Shown: piece after piece, positions 12,301 to 23,132 of the stretch | How positions within the stretch are numbered: position 1 is the first letter of the stretch | How the letters are laid out: each line of letters starts with the position of its first letter | Source: an uncultured Pseudomonadales bacterium | GTDB taxonomy: Bacteria; Pseudomonadota; Gammaproteobacteria; Pseudomonadales; UBA7434 | Assembly: GCA_964504585.1 (NCBI GenBank) | Contig: CAZDEW010000003.1 | Span: 13,960-77,959, forward strand | Direction: 5' to 3' | DNA: 64,000 nt | The notes under the pieces: generated by a model | Seen by the model: the letters and a program-made list of their open reading frames with translations, nothing else | Database searches by the model: none | Told to the model about the DNA's origin: nothing | Translations under genes and position numbers: made by a program

Positions 12301-13416
12301 TTGCGGTTGAAAAAGATTATCCACGTCGATATGGATGCATTCTTCGCATCGGTAGAACAAAGGGATCTCCCTCGTTTGCGTGGTAAGCCGGTCATTGTGG
12401 GTGGTCAACCGGATAGTAGGGGAGTCGTTGCTGCGTGCAGCTACGAGGCAAGAAAGTATGGTGTGCACTCGGCAATGCCAAGTGCAATGGCTTATCGGCT
12501 TTGCCCGGACGCAGTATTTGTTAGGCCACGCTTTGACGTTTATCGTGAGGTATCACAAAGCGTTCACCAGATATTCGCTGAATTTACGGACCTTATTGAG
12601 CCGCTTTCGCTGGATGAGGCCTATCTCGACGTCACTGAATCCGGAGAGGCTCCCGGCGTTCGGCAAATGTCGTTTTTTGATGGCTCGGCAACGAGTGTCG
12701 CCACGCAAATTCGCAAGCGGATTTTCAAAGAGCTTGATCTAACAGCCTCTGCGGGCGTTTCTTACAATAAGTTTCTGGCAAAAATCGCATCAGATATCAA
12801 CAAACCGAACGGCATCTTTGTCATTAGGCCGGAGGATGCGCTTAGCTTTATCGCCAGCTTACCGGTTGGGAAGATTAACGGCATTGGCAGCGTCACAGAG
12901 GCTAAACTCAACGCCATCGGCGTTTACAACGGCGCCGATCTTAGAGAGCTGTCTTTAGAACAACTTATCGCCCAGTTTGGTAAGTCCGGCGATCGATTCT
13001 ATAAGCTGGCGCGAGGTGAGGATCTGCGTGAGGTAAAACCGAATAGAGTTAGAAAATCACTCGGTATTGAAAGGACGCTGTCTGGCGATTTGGACGATAT
13101 CGCAGAGGTTCGCAATAAAGTTATTGAGCTGGTAGAAAAGCTATCTACGTCGATGCATAAAAAAAATCTGCATGCCAAAACTATCACGTTGAAAATAAAG
13201 TATGGCGACTTTGTACAAATTACAAGGTCGAAAACCTTAAATAACTTCGTCAATAGTTTTGCGGCTGAGAGCAGCTTGATCGATGAGCTGCTGGAAAAAA
13301 CCGAAGTTGGATCGAAGCCCGTGCGACTTTTGGGTCTGTCTGTGTCTGGTTTTAAAAATGACCAGACATCACGGCCGCCCAGCGCTCTAACAAAATCGCA
13401 GTTGAGCTTATTCTGA
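12301..13416 (+). CDS. dinB: DNA polymerase IV (Y-family)
   Basis: KKIIHVDMDAFFASVEQRD...LSLDEAYLDVT motifs. Start is TTG at 12301 or 12307. Confidence 0.9.
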   Translation: MRLKKIIHVDMDAFFASVEQRDLPRLRGKPVIVGGQPDSRGVVAACSYEARKYGVHSAMPSAMAYRLCPDAVFVRPRFDVYREVSQSVHQIFAEFTDLIEPLSLDEAYLDVTESGEAPGVRQMSFFDGSATSVATQIRKRIFKELDLTASAGVSYNKFLAKIASDINKPNGIFVIRPEDALSFIASLPVGKINGIGSVTEAKLNAIGVYNGADLRELSLEQLIAQFGKSGDRFYKLARGEDLREVKPNRVRKSLGIERTLSGDLDDIAEVRNKVIELVEKLSTSMHKKNLHAKTITLKIKYGDFVQITRSKTLNNFVNSFAAESSLIDELLEKTEVGSKPVRLLGLSVSGFKNDQTSRPPSALTKSQLSLF

Positions 13417-13431
13417 TTTGCTAGCTTTTAT

Positions 13432-14889
13432 TCAGTTGATATCGCTGATTATCAACTCGATGCGACGATTTTTGGCGCGACCAGCGGCAGTTTCATTATT
13501 AGCAATGGGTTGGGTTTCACCGAAACCGGCAGTGCTTATCGATCGAAACCCGAGCTTATCTTGCCTGGCCTTCAGATAGTTTCCGACGCTTGATGCCCGC
13601 TCTTTGGAGAGCTTCAGGTTGAATTCGTCGCTGCCAAAGGAGTCGGTATGCCCCTCGACGGTAATGGTGCTATTAGGAAACAAGCGAATTGTCTGCATGA
13701 TTTTCTTTAGCAAGTTCGTTTGGCTTGCCTGTAGTTCAGATCCGCCTTCCTTAAAAGTGAAACCGTAGGCCGAAATTCTTACTTTACCTTCCTGTCTAAA
13801 AACTCTGGCGGGCTCGCCCTTAAATATTGTTTCCGCTTCCTTTAGCTTGTTTCTGTAGGCATTCTGTCTGGCAAGTTCAGAAGAAGTAGAACCAAGCTTA
13901 CTCTGCAGTTGATTCACTTCAGTGCGAAGCGCCAGTATCTCTTCTTCGCTAGCGATCAGACGCAAGGAGTCTTCCTTAAGAAAATCTATCTGTTCAATTA
14001 TTTCCGAAGTCGCACGACGTGAACCCTCGTCGAGGGCTATCGATAGATCAAGGGTGTCTGCGATGTCATAGAGCGGGCTCTCGGCGGCCAAAACAAGTTC
14101 TTCGTATGAACGGTCGCCTTTTTTCACGGAGTAGGCTTCCTTTGCGATCCGGTTTGCGTGACCGGCATCGATCTTAGCCTGTCGCGCCAGTGACCTCGGT
14201 TTGTCAGTGTCGTAGCGATCGGTGTTTAACGCACGCTCTGCTTCCAATAAGGTTGCCTCGGCCCTGTCTAAAAGTGTCGGCGCATATTTTTTCGCACGAT
14301 TTTCCTGGGCTTGAGCAATGCGATCCCTTGTTGCGTTCAGGTAGTTATTCTTGATAGCGATAAGTTCTGCGTTTCTAAACGCCACCTCGGCTGCTTGCTG
14401 CTTCTCAGCGCTGATGGTTTTATTCTTGGCTATTCTGCGCGTCAATTGATCGAGCAGGGCCGTTGCAGATGACCACTCCTTCGGCGCATAGTCGATGGAT
14501 TGCGCAGCAACGGCATCCTGTCGCGCGGCGACAACTCCTTCCAGTTGTCTGGCTGCAGTTTCAGAGCTCTGGATTGCCCGTTCAAAAAAGCTTATCGCTT
14601 TTCGCAGTGATTTCTGGATAGATTTACTGCCTGGCTTTTCACGATAGGTTTCTTGCGCTTTTTCCAGTTGAGTGTTCCCATCCCGATACAATGCCGGCGC
14701 CAGAAAGCGGGCATCCTTTATTTCCGCTTCGACCTTTAATTTCTCGGCCTGTGTGAACGTGTTTGCGTAGTCCACAGTTGGATCGCTATGGGCGCTAGCC
14801 GCTATCGTCGCGAGCACAATGCACAGACCAAGCAATATTGCGCGCAACGGGGTGTTCTGACGTGGCGTAAGGCCTGGTAATTGCTGCAT
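13432..14889 (-). CDS. OmpA-family protein with long coiled-coil / DUF4398-like N-terminal region
   Basis: Signal peptide, about 350 aa of helical repeat region, and a C-terminal OmpA peptidoglycan-binding domain (TVEGHTDSFGSDEFNLKLSKERA...NRRIELII). Confidence 0.7.
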   Translation of the reverse strand: MQQLPGLTPRQNTPLRAILLGLCIVLATIAASAHSDPTVDYANTFTQAEKLKVEAEIKDARFLAPALYRDGNTQLEKAQETYREKPGSKSIQKSLRKAISFFERAIQSSETAARQLEGVVAARQDAVAAQSIDYAPKEWSSATALLDQLTRRIAKNKTISAEKQQAAEVAFRNAELIAIKNNYLNATRDRIAQAQENRAKKYAPTLLDRAEATLLEAERALNTDRYDTDKPRSLARQAKIDAGHANRIAKEAYSVKKGDRSYEELVLAAESPLYDIADTLDLSIALDEGSRRATSEIIEQIDFLKEDSLRLIASEEEILALRTEVNQLQSKLGSTSSELARQNAYRNKLKEAETIFKGEPARVFRQEGKVRISAYGFTFKEGGSELQASQTNLLKKIMQTIRLFPNSTITVEGHTDSFGSDEFNLKLSKERASSVGNYLKARQDKLGFRSISTAGFGETQPIANNETAAGRAKNRRIELIISDIN

Positions 14890-14980
14890 CGTTTTCTCTC
14901 AAGCGGTAAATAGCGGAGGGTGGGCGGCTGTGCTTAATGATACAATTGCCCACGGTCAGCACAAGCGGGAGATCCTGATT

Positions 14981-15523
14981 ATGAGCATCTCGAGAACAGC
15001 TTTTGTAAAACTTTTTCTTAAGACGAATGCCCTATTTCTCGCCTTGAGTTTATGGTCGCACTCGCTGGTCGCCCAAACCGGCCCTTCCCGTGATACGCCG
15101 GTCGACAGAGAGGGGTGGAGGCAGCTTGGAGAGGAGTTTCTTAGAGCCAAACCCAAGCGTTTAGATCCGACCTTCAAGCGTGGTCAGGAGATATATGAGG
15201 GGCGAGGTTCCTACGCCAAACTGAATTACTGTGTGATCGACCGAAGTTCGGCTCAGGTTCAAGGCACGAGTTCGGGTTTCACTCAAGAACAGTTAGGTGC
15301 GTTACTCGTCCCCGTCTCGAGGGACTCGCTGCGACCGCTGCGTGGCTCAAGCGTCGCTGAGTTCGCCAATGAGCTCTACGATTGTGATGACATTGGGTCG
15401 AAGGTGCTCAATAAACTCGAGAAAGAAGACGCCGGACTTGTTATCTACTACTTGAATAGTGAGTACAAGCTAAAACTTAAGCAGGAAAGAGGCGGCGGAA
15501 AAAAGGCCAAGCGCATAAACTAG
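14981..15523 (+). CDS. hypothetical secreted protein
   Basis: ORF 14930..15523. The internal ATG at 14981 gives a signal-peptide-like N-terminus (MSISRTAFVKLFLKTNALFLALSLWSHSLVAQ). No family recognised. Confidence 0.4.
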   Translation: MSISRTAFVKLFLKTNALFLALSLWSHSLVAQTGPSRDTPVDREGWRQLGEEFLRAKPKRLDPTFKRGQEIYEGRGSYAKLNYCVIDRSSAQVQGTSSGFTQEQLGALLVPVSRDSLRPLRGSSVAEFANELYDCDDIGSKVLNKLEKEDAGLVIYYLNSEYKLKLKQERGGGKKAKRIN

Positions 15524-15665
15524 GCGGCCACTATTTGGTGACTCCTATTGTCTTACATTAAACCTCTCGCTCCTTTTATCGCCATCTGGGTGCTATTGCT
15601 TAACAGCAACAGCTTTTCGCTAATAAGTCTGGTCAACGCCGCGGCGCAGATGCTTCTCTTTTTTT

Positions 15666-16463
15666 ATGGTTGTTTGTATTCCGGCCTGGCGGACTGGCCG
15701 CATGTCGTATGTAGATATTGGTTGGCCGCTAGGATTAGCGATAATCGGCGCGCTGGTTCTTGTAGACGGCAATTTTACAGGCGCTAGTATAGCGGCCGGA
15801 CTGATGTATCTATTTATGGGCCTGCGCATGGGGCTGGGGGCGATTAGTTTGTGGCGGCAGGGCCACCTCGAAAGAGAGCTGCCAAGGTACGAATATCAGC
15901 GCATTCGATGGCAGAGGCGAGGCATCACCAATACGCGACTCATCACGCAATCTGAAGTATTGGCACAGGGAGTGGCTAATATGTCCGTCCTGGCTTTGCC
16001 GGCTTTCCTGCTTGCCGCCGGTGACATCTGGGGCCCGCTTCAATTGCTCGGCTTAACGATCTGGTTACTTGCCTTCCTGATGGAGGCTGTTGCTGATATC
16101 CAGAAAAGTAACTTTCTATCGCAGGCGCGAGCGCGTGGACTTAAAAAACCGGTGTGCAATGTGGGTTTATGGCGCTACAGCCGACATCCCAACTACTTTG
16201 CGGAATGGATGGTATGGAACGGACTCGTTATCGCTGCGCTGCCCTCCTGGTTTGCGCTTCGTGAAGCAGAACCCCTGTTGATCTGGCTTTTACTAGGGCT
16301 ATGTCTGCTTATGGTCTCGAGAACAATGTACGTAACCCTTGTGCATTACACAGGAGCGAAACCAGCAGAGCATTTTTCTCTACAGAAAAGACCCGAATAT
16401 CACGCTTACCAGCAGCAAACAAATCGATTTTTCCCAGGCCCTGTGCACACTGACGATTCTTGA
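15666..16463 (+). CDS. DUF1295 / steroid 5-alpha-reductase-like membrane protein (probably N-terminally truncated by a frameshift, see findings)
   Basis: C-terminal signature GLWRYSRHPNYFAEWMVW. Paralogue at 53689..54552. The upstream ORF 15548..15787 in another frame encodes the missing first TM helix. Confidence 0.65.
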   Translation: MVVCIPAWRTGRMSYVDIGWPLGLAIIGALVLVDGNFTGASIAAGLMYLFMGLRMGLGAISLWRQGHLERELPRYEYQRIRWQRRGITNTRLITQSEVLAQGVANMSVLALPAFLLAAGDIWGPLQLLGLTIWLLAFLMEAVADIQKSNFLSQARARGLKKPVCNVGLWRYSRHPNYFAEWMVWNGLVIAALPSWFALREAEPLLIWLLLGLCLLMVSRTMYVTLVHYTGAKPAEHFSLQKRPEYHAYQQQTNRFFPGPVHTDDS

Positions 16464-16476
16464 GTCATTAATTGAG

Positions 16477-17181
16477 ATGCCCCCTAAATTACCGCTAATA
16501 GTTTTTTTCGATCTTGACGAAACGCTGGTACAAAATACCTCCGATTTTGTGGCTATTCTTGACAGTGTGCTAACGGAGCGTTTTCCGGAGATTGGCTCGG
16601 CCGAACGCCGTGGGTTCATGGCTGCTCTACGTCGAAGCGCGGAATCAAATTGGCAGAATATGTTTAGCGCAGATTCAAAGCGCCCCGTTGGGAACGCCTG
16701 GTTTGGAGCGGCTTTCGAAACTATCGGACAGCCGTATCACCATGGTGAGCAGTTTGCGACATGCTTTGTCGAGAAAGCTTCAGCAGCCACTCGAATTATT
16801 GACCAAGCGCTTGAAACCCTCGATTTTATTCGGGATAGAGGCATCAAAACAGGCGTTATTACTAATGGATTTACCCAGCTACAGTTCGCAAAACTGAAAA
16901 CGCATAAGCTGATGGAACATCTAGATTTCCCCGTAGCAAGCCAGCAGGCAGGCGCGCATAAGCCAGATCCGCGCGTATTTAATTACGCCTTGGATTTAGC
17001 TAAGTTGCCTGCTGATTGCGCATGGCACGTTGGAGATCATCTTAAAAACGATGTGTCCGGCGCAAAAAGTGTTGGGATGACAGCCGTCCATTTTGATCCA
17101 GATCTGCAAGAAGCGGTAGCTTCCGAGGCCGATTACAGAATCTCACAGCTATCTGAACTGCAAAGTTTGCTAAACCGCTGA
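16477..17181 (+). CDS. HAD-superfamily hydrolase
   Basis: Motif I FFDLDETLV directly after ATG at 16477 (an internal start of ORF 16339..17181, which would otherwise overlap the preceding gene). Motif III/IV ...KPDPRVF...GDHLKNDVSGA. Confidence 0.7.
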   Translation: MPPKLPLIVFFDLDETLVQNTSDFVAILDSVLTERFPEIGSAERRGFMAALRRSAESNWQNMFSADSKRPVGNAWFGAAFETIGQPYHHGEQFATCFVEKASAATRIIDQALETLDFIRDRGIKTGVITNGFTQLQFAKLKTHKLMEHLDFPVASQQAGAHKPDPRVFNYALDLAKLPADCAWHVGDHLKNDVSGAKSVGMTAVHFDPDLQEAVASEADYRISQLSELQSLLNR

Positions 17182-17221
17182 ATAGTCCCTGTCCTATATC
17201 AACCATTGTAATGGAGCGACA

Positions 17222-17728
17222 ATGTCTCCTGACTACACAGAAACATTGCTTACCTTGGCCGAGGTATCTGTAGCATTCGCCGGCTTCGCAAGCCTTGCGT
17301 CGCTTTTTGGGCGAAGCCGCCGAGTTGATAGGACAGCTGTGGATGCTATGCGGATGATGAATATGCTAACGGCTAGTCTGTCGGCAACCTTGTTCTCTTT
17401 AATCCCGATTGTGTTTGTGTCGCTAGCCGTTGATGAACAACTGATTTGGCGCTACTCGGGTCTCGTTGCGTTTTTGCTCTGGGGGCTGGCTACATACTTT
17501 GTGCGTGATCGCGCAAAACGCACGAAAGACACGGAGGGTTTTAGTCGAATAGCGAGTATTTTAAATACGCTTTTTTCTATGTTGGCTTCTATTCTTTTTC
17601 TAATCTGCATAACAGGCTTTTTTCAAAACCTGTTTGCGGCATATTTTTCAGCGCTGCTCGCTATTCTAACCATGAGCGGTATTCTATTTTTCAGGTTGAT
17701 AGAGTCTCTGTTTGTTGATCCATCATAG
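17222..17728 (+). CDS. hypothetical integral membrane protein (about 4 TM)
   Basis: 168-aa hydrophobic ORF. No family recognised. Confidence 0.4.
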   Translation: MSPDYTETLLTLAEVSVAFAGFASLASLFGRSRRVDRTAVDAMRMMNMLTASLSATLFSLIPIVFVSLAVDEQLIWRYSGLVAFLLWGLATYFVRDRAKRTKDTEGFSRIASILNTLFSMLASILFLICITGFFQNLFAAYFSALLAILTMSGILFFRLIESLFVDPS

Positions 17729-17745
17729 CCAGCGTCGGGCCTGTG

Positions 17746-18318
17746 TTAACTCGACATTGCATCTTTGTACAGGCTTCGCTTTGGTTCAGCCAGTATCTTT
17801 CTAACCAGCGGCTCAAAGGTCTCAAGCGATAACTTGGGTTTACTGCTGTCAAAAGCAGGGTTATCGTATTTCGCGATAAAACGTGCGGTCCTTTCGTAGT
17901 ATTCCGATTCCTTGAAGTTGTCACGCATATTCCTATCAAGACCAATGTGATGGAAAAAATTATAGCCTTGAAAAATTGCGTGGTGCTTGATCATCCAGTG
18001 ATTCGCCTCGGACACAAAAGGATGCAAGATCGCAGCAGCCACATCGGGATGGTTATAACTCCCCAGCGTGTCACCGATATCGTGTAACAGCGCGCAAACA
18101 ACATACTCATCGTCTTCGCCTGCTTCTGCCGCGAGTTCAGCAGATTGCAAACAATGCTGCAACCTGTCTATTGGAAAACCGCCGTAATCATTGTCGAGCA
18201 GTGCCATGTGCTGTAGCACTCTGTCAGGTAAGCCAGCGGCAAACTGAATTTGCTCGCCAACGATGATTTCCCAGTCTTCCTTTGTGCTCTCGGTAAAAGA
18301 TTTGAATGAAGTTTTCAT
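17746..18318 (-). CDS. HD-domain protein, PhnZ/MIOX-like (putative mixed-valent diiron oxygenase fold)
   Basis: 190 aa. IDRLQHCLQSAELAAEAG...ALLHDIGD...NHPDVAAAILHPF...HH...KYDNP reproduces the H/HD/H/H/D ligand spacing of PhnZ-type HD proteins as I recall them. Confidence 0.55.
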   Translation of the reverse strand: MKTSFKSFTESTKEDWEIIVGEQIQFAAGLPDRVLQHMALLDNDYGGFPIDRLQHCLQSAELAAEAGEDDEYVVCALLHDIGDTLGSYNHPDVAAAILHPFVSEANHWMIKHHAIFQGYNFFHHIGLDRNMRDNFKESEYYERTARFIAKYDNPAFDSSKPKLSLETFEPLVRKILAEPKRSLYKDAMSS

Positions 18319-18431
18319 AAGTCTTATTCTCCAGGTCGAAACAGGTGTCGACCACTAATGTTCAGTCTCTAATCTTCAACACCTAATATAGACGAAACTC
18401 CTCAATGGAGGCAACAGCTATTGCACTGAGC

Positions 18432-20522
18432 TTACTTACCGGGCGTTGCGAGTAAGGCGATATCAGCGGCTTGCATAAACATGTTGCGTAGAGCCAGTAG
18501 CAGCGCCAGGCGGTTGCGCTTGAGCTGTTCCGACTCGGCATTCACCATGACATTGTCAAAGAAGTCGTCGATTGCCGGCTTTAAAGTCGTTAATGCAAGT
18601 AATCCGGCCTGGTAGTTACCCGACAAGAAGCTGTTGTCGGTTTCGGCTTTCTTGGCTTGCATTGCGAGAGCTAGAGCCTTTTCTGCGTCTTCTTGTAATA
18701 GCGTCTCGTCGAAAGAGAGATTGTCCAAGTCGATGTCAGATTTACTCAGAATATTGCTTACGCGCTTGTTAGCTGCGGCAAGTGCTTCGCACTCCTTCTG
18801 CTGAATAAACGCATTAACCGCTGTGAGTCTGGCATCAAAGTCAAGTGCATCCAGTTTAGCAACGGCGCGCACGGCTAGAATGACCTCGGTTTGCACGCCT
18901 TGCTCCTGGTAGAGCGCAGTGAATCGATCGAATATATAGTTGCAAACACTGGAGGCAGTCTTGTCGACTTCTGTTATCACAATGTGCTGCGAAATTGCCT
19001 GAGCGACAAGCTCCTCGATGTTGAGCACGAGCTTGTTCTGTAAAACGATCTGAATGACGCTAATCGCCGCTCGACGCAGAGCGAAAGGATCTTTTGAGCC
19101 CGTGGGCTCCTGGCCTATACCAAAAATACCGGTTATCGTATCCAGTCTGTCGGCGATAGCAACGGCGCATGCTTCCAGCACTGTGGGGACCGCGTCGCCA
19201 GCGTACTTCGGTAAATAATGGCTACCTATTGCCTCTGAGATTTTCGAGTTGAGGCCTGCATGTTGAGCGTAGTAACTTCCAGCGATACCCTGCATCTTGT
19301 CGAACTCAAGCACCATATCTGATGCCAGATCCGCTTTGCAGAGCTCGCCGGCTCGGCGGGCGCTTTCGACATCGGCGTCAATGGCTTTCGCAATTGTTCC
19401 CGCCAGTTGAGCTATACGCTCCGTCTTATCAAAAACGGTCCCCAGATCTTTTTGAAAAACGACATTCTCAAGTCGCTGACGTAAAGCATCTAGCGATAGT
19501 TTTTTGTCTGTTTCGAAAAAGAATGCAGCGTCAGCCAGACGAGGCCGAATAACCTTTTCGTTGCCGCTGATAATTGTGCTGTAGTCTTCCGACCGAACAT
19601 TACTCACCGTTATGAAAAAAGGTAGAAGCTCTCCATTCATGTCTAACACATGGAAGTACTTCTGGTGTTCGCTCATTGAAGAAATAAGCGCCTCTCGTGG
19701 AACTGCGAGGAACTTCTCATCGAAACGCCCAGCGATTGCGGTTGGTAGCTCAACCAGTGCGGTTACTTCGTCGAGCAGGCCGTTCTCAAAAACGGCCTTG
19801 CCTCCCAGCTCCTCTGCAACCTTGTTTACTTGATCCTCGATGATTGCACGGCGCTCTTCAAAGCCCGCGATAACGCTGCCCTGCTCTCGTAGTGTTTGCT
19901 CATAACTCGCTGGATTGTTAATGACGATAGCGTCGACACTATGAAAACGATGCCCTCTGGTGGTGTTGCCTGCTCGCAGTCCGAGCACTTCGGCATCTAC
20001 AACGTTTTCTCCCAGCAACATGAGAAGCCATTGCGCAGGCCTGACAAACTCTGCACGAGAGCTGCCCCAGCGCATACGCTTGGCGATGGGAAGGCCCGCC
20101 AAAGCCTGATTGATGATATCGCCTAGCAACTCAGCTGTAGGCAGGCCTTTCTTCATATCTCGATAGCACAGGCGCTCACCTTTCTCGGTGCTGACGGTTT
20201 CGAGAGCCGAGAAATCTACGCCGTTGCTACGTGCAAAGCCAAGCGCAGCCTTTGACGGTTTGCCCTCTTTATCATAAGCGGCTGCGATCGCAGGGCCCAG
20301 CTTCTCAATGCTTTCGTCGGCTTGCTGCAGCTCCAGATCTGGAACCAGTACAGCAAGGCGCCTGGGACTTGCGAATGCTCTGATATCGTCACCGGCGGCA
20401 AGGCGAGCTCGTTTCAAGCCGTCGACCATTCCTTGCATGAACGCCGTTGACAATTTTTTAAGTGTTGTCGGTGGCAGTTCCTCAGTGCCTAGCTCTACCA
20501 GAAAGTCTGCTCGCTCTATCAT
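18432..20522 (-). CDS. glyS: glycine--tRNA ligase beta subunit
   Basis: 696 aa, [18 protein letters not shown]... Overlaps the glyQ stop by 4 nt. Confidence 0.95.
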   Translation of the reverse strand: MIERADFLVELGTEELPPTTLKKLSTAFMQGMVDGLKRARLAAGDDIRAFASPRRLAVLVPDLELQQADESIEKLGPAIAAAYDKEGKPSKAALGFARSNGVDFSALETVSTEKGERLCYRDMKKGLPTAELLGDIINQALAGLPIAKRMRWGSSRAEFVRPAQWLLMLLGENVVDAEVLGLRAGNTTRGHRFHSVDAIVINNPASYEQTLREQGSVIAGFEERRAIIEDQVNKVAEELGGKAVFENGLLDEVTALVELPTAIAGRFDEKFLAVPREALISSMSEHQKYFHVLDMNGELLPFFITVSNVRSEDYSTIISGNEKVIRPRLADAAFFFETDKKLSLDALRQRLENVVFQKDLGTVFDKTERIAQLAGTIAKAIDADVESARRAGELCKADLASDMVLEFDKMQGIAGSYYAQHAGLNSKISEAIGSHYLPKYAGDAVPTVLEACAVAIADRLDTITGIFGIGQEPTGSKDPFALRRAAISVIQIVLQNKLVLNIEELVAQAISQHIVITEVDKTASSVCNYIFDRFTALYQEQGVQTEVILAVRAVAKLDALDFDARLTAVNAFIQQKECEALAAANKRVSNILSKSDIDLDNLSFDETLLQEDAEKALALAMQAKKAETDNSFLSGNYQAGLLALTTLKPAIDDFFDNVMVNAESEQLKRNRLALLLALRNMFMQAADIALLATPGK

Positions 20523-21475
20523 GATGCGCTCGCCTCCGTGGCCTGCTGGTGAGCTGCTAACACCTCATTGCGCAATGACTCTGGAGCCAGAGGAAACCCA
20601 AGTGCTGCTCTCGAATCAAAAAACGCCACCGCAACCGCTCGCGCTAGTGATCGAACGCGGAGGATAAATCTTTGTCGTTCGGTCACCGATATCGCGTGTC
20701 GCGCGTCCAGCAGATTAAAAGCGTGTGAGGCCTTCATCACCATCTCATAGGCAGGGAGGGAAAGGCCAGCCTCAACAAGCTGCTGGCTTTGCGATTCACA
20801 CTCATCGAAATAATCGAAAAGAAACTTGGTGTTGGCATGCTCGAAATTGAAGGTAGACATCTCGACTTCATTTTGATGGAAAACATCGCCGTACAACACA
20901 TCACCATCGGGCCCATTTGCCCAAACGAGATCGTAGATACTGTCGACGCCCTGCAGGTACATGGCAATGCGCTCTAGGCCATAGGTGATCTCGCCCGAGA
21001 CGGGATAGCACTCTAGGCCGCCTACCTGTTGGAAATAAGTAAACTGCGTGACCTCCATGCCATTCAGCCATACCTCCCAGCCAAGGCCCCAGGCTCCGAG
21101 TGTGGGCGATTCCCAGTTGTCCTCAACAAAGCGCACATCATTCTCGAGCATATTAATGCCCAGCTGTGCAAGAGAGTCGAGATAGAGTTCCTGTATATTG
21201 CTCGGTGAGGGCTTCAGCAAAACCTGAAACTGATAGTAGTGCTGTAAGCGGTTTGGATTCTCCCCATAGCGCCCATCGGTCGGTCTTCTGCAGGGCTGTA
21301 CGTAGGCTGTATTCCAGGTTTCGGGGCCTATAGCGCGCAGAAAAGTGGCAGGATGAAATGTACCTGCGCCGACCTCCATATCGAGAGGCTGAAGCACAAC
21401 GCAGCCGTGTTCGGCCCAATAATTCTGGAGTTGCAGGATTAAATCCTGAAATGTTTTAGGGGTTTGTTTATTCAT
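20519..21475 (-). CDS. glyQ: glycine--tRNA ligase alpha subunit
   Basis: 318 aa, [45 protein letters not shown]. Confidence 0.96.
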   Translation of the reverse strand: MNKQTPKTFQDLILQLQNYWAEHGCVVLQPLDMEVGAGTFHPATFLRAIGPETWNTAYVQPCRRPTDGRYGENPNRLQHYYQFQVLLKPSPSNIQELYLDSLAQLGINMLENDVRFVEDNWESPTLGAWGLGWEVWLNGMEVTQFTYFQQVGGLECYPVSGEITYGLERIAMYLQGVDSIYDLVWANGPDGDVLYGDVFHQNEVEMSTFNFEHANTKFLFDYFDECESQSQQLVEAGLSLPAYEMVMKASHAFNLLDARHAISVTERQRFILRVRSLARAVAVAFFDSRAALGFPLAPESLRNEVLAAHQQATEASAS

Positions 21476-21587
21476 TTTTGCTTGTCTTGCAAGATCTAAT
21501 CAAGAGGACTCAGAAAGCCGCGAGCCTGCTGATTCCGGCGCGCGATTATACCGCAAGCCGTTGTTATTGAGTGTGTGTCTGCAGGGC

Positions 21588-23072
21588 CTATTTCTTCCAG
21601 AAAGCGGGTGTGAACAACACCAGCAGCGTGAACACTTCGAGTCGCCCTATTAGCATAGCAAAACAAAGGATCCACTTTGCTGCGTCTGGAATGCTCGCGT
21701 AATTAGCGCTAACGCCACCTAGACCTGGCCCGAGGTTATTAATGGAGGCACTGACAGCAGAGAATGCGGTCAGAAAGTCCAGCCCAGTCGTTAAAACGGC
21801 CATGAAGAGCACGAAAAGGGTCATTATATAAATCGCGAAGAAGCTCCAAACGGCGGCAATTACCGAGTCCTTGACGGGCCTGTTCCCCAGCTTAATGGTT
21901 ATAATTGCGCTGGGGTGGACTAGCCTGACGATTTCGCGATAACCCTGTTTCAGGATTAGCATGACGCGGATAGCCTTCATGCCGCCTCCGGTGGAACCGG
22001 CGCAGGCGCCAACAGTGGCCAGCAGGAACATAAAGACGGTCGTGGCCAGCGGCCACGCGGTGTAGTCAGTCGAGGCAAAACCCGTTGTGCTGGCCAGAGA
22101 AACAACCTGAAAGGCTGAATCGGTCAGCACATCCCCTACGAGTGCGCGATCGTTAATGGCTTGCTGATAGGCATCGGACCCGAAGGTACTCCCCATCACG
22201 GAAAAAAATACGACAACCGCGGCGAAAAGTAGCAGTAAATAGAAGAACCTCAGCTCCGGATCACGCCAGTATCGAGCCAGCGATTGTTCTCTGAAGGCGA
22301 AGTAATGCAAACCGAAGTTTGCCCCGGCCAACAGCATAAACACAATGCCCACCCATAAAATCATATTCGATTCGAAGTGGCCCATGCTTGCGTCGTAGGT
22401 GCTAAAACCGCCTATCGCCACGGTAGAAAAGCTATGGCAAATCGCGTCGAATGTGCTCATGCCGGCAAGCCAGTAGAAAAAGGCGCAGGCCACTGTCATG
22501 ATCAGGTAGATCAAAAACAGGACCTTGGCTGTCCCCGCTATTCTGGGGGTCAGCTTTTTATCATTCATAGGCCCGGGAGTCTCAGCGCGATACAGCTGCA
22601 TACCGCCCACGCCGAGTAAAGGGAGGATAGCGATGGCGATGACAATTATTCCTATGCCGCCCAGCCACTGCAGTTGCTGTCGATAGTAGAGCAGCGATTT
22701 CGGTAACTCGTCGAGCCCGGTGATGACTGTAGCGCCGGTTGTTGTCAGCCCGGACATGGACTCAAACACCGCGTTGCTCAGAGAGAGCTGCAGGCCTGGA
22801 TCAAGATAAAAAGGTAGTGAGCCGAAAAGTCCAAGAACAGCCCAGAACAAAGCCGTTAGCAAAAACCCGTCGCGTGTGCGTAGCTCGCGGCCGTCGCTGC
22901 GACTGCCCAACCAGAGCGATGCGCCGCCTGCGCAGGTCAGCAAAAATGACGTTAAAAAAACGGTGGCGTTTTCTTCGGCGTAAATGATCGCAACGCCAGC
23001 CGGTACTAACATTGAGAGGCTGAAGAGGGTCAGCAGGAGGCCGAGCAGCGAAAAAACCAGTTTATATTGCAT
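21588..23072 (-). CDS. trkH: Trk-type potassium uptake protein TrkH
   Basis: 494-aa polytopic membrane protein with TrkH-like repeated M1-P-M2 motifs (GLTTTGATV, STTGFAS). Adjacent to trkA. Confidence 0.88.
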   Translation of the reverse strand: MQYKLVFSLLGLLLTLFSLSMLVPAGVAIIYAEENATVFLTSFLLTCAGGASLWLGSRSDGRELRTRDGFLLTALFWAVLGLFGSLPFYLDPGLQLSLSNAVFESMSGLTTTGATVITGLDELPKSLLYYRQQLQWLGGIGIIVIAIAILPLLGVGGMQLYRAETPGPMNDKKLTPRIAGTAKVLFLIYLIMTVACAFFYWLAGMSTFDAICHSFSTVAIGGFSTYDASMGHFESNMILWVGIVFMLLAGANFGLHYFAFREQSLARYWRDPELRFFYLLLLFAAVVVFFSVMGSTFGSDAYQQAINDRALVGDVLTDSAFQVVSLASTTGFASTDYTAWPLATTVFMFLLATVGACAGSTGGGMKAIRVMLILKQGYREIVRLVHPSAIITIKLGNRPVKDSVIAAVWSFFAIYIMTLFVLFMAVLTTGLDFLTAFSAVSASINNLGPGLGGVSANYASIPDAAKWILCFAMLIGRLEVFTLLVLFTPAFWKK

Positions 23073-23132
23073 CTTGAAATAGGTGTCCGATACTCGAAGA
23101 TTGCTTCTTTCGCTGAAGTCTTTAGCCGGCGG

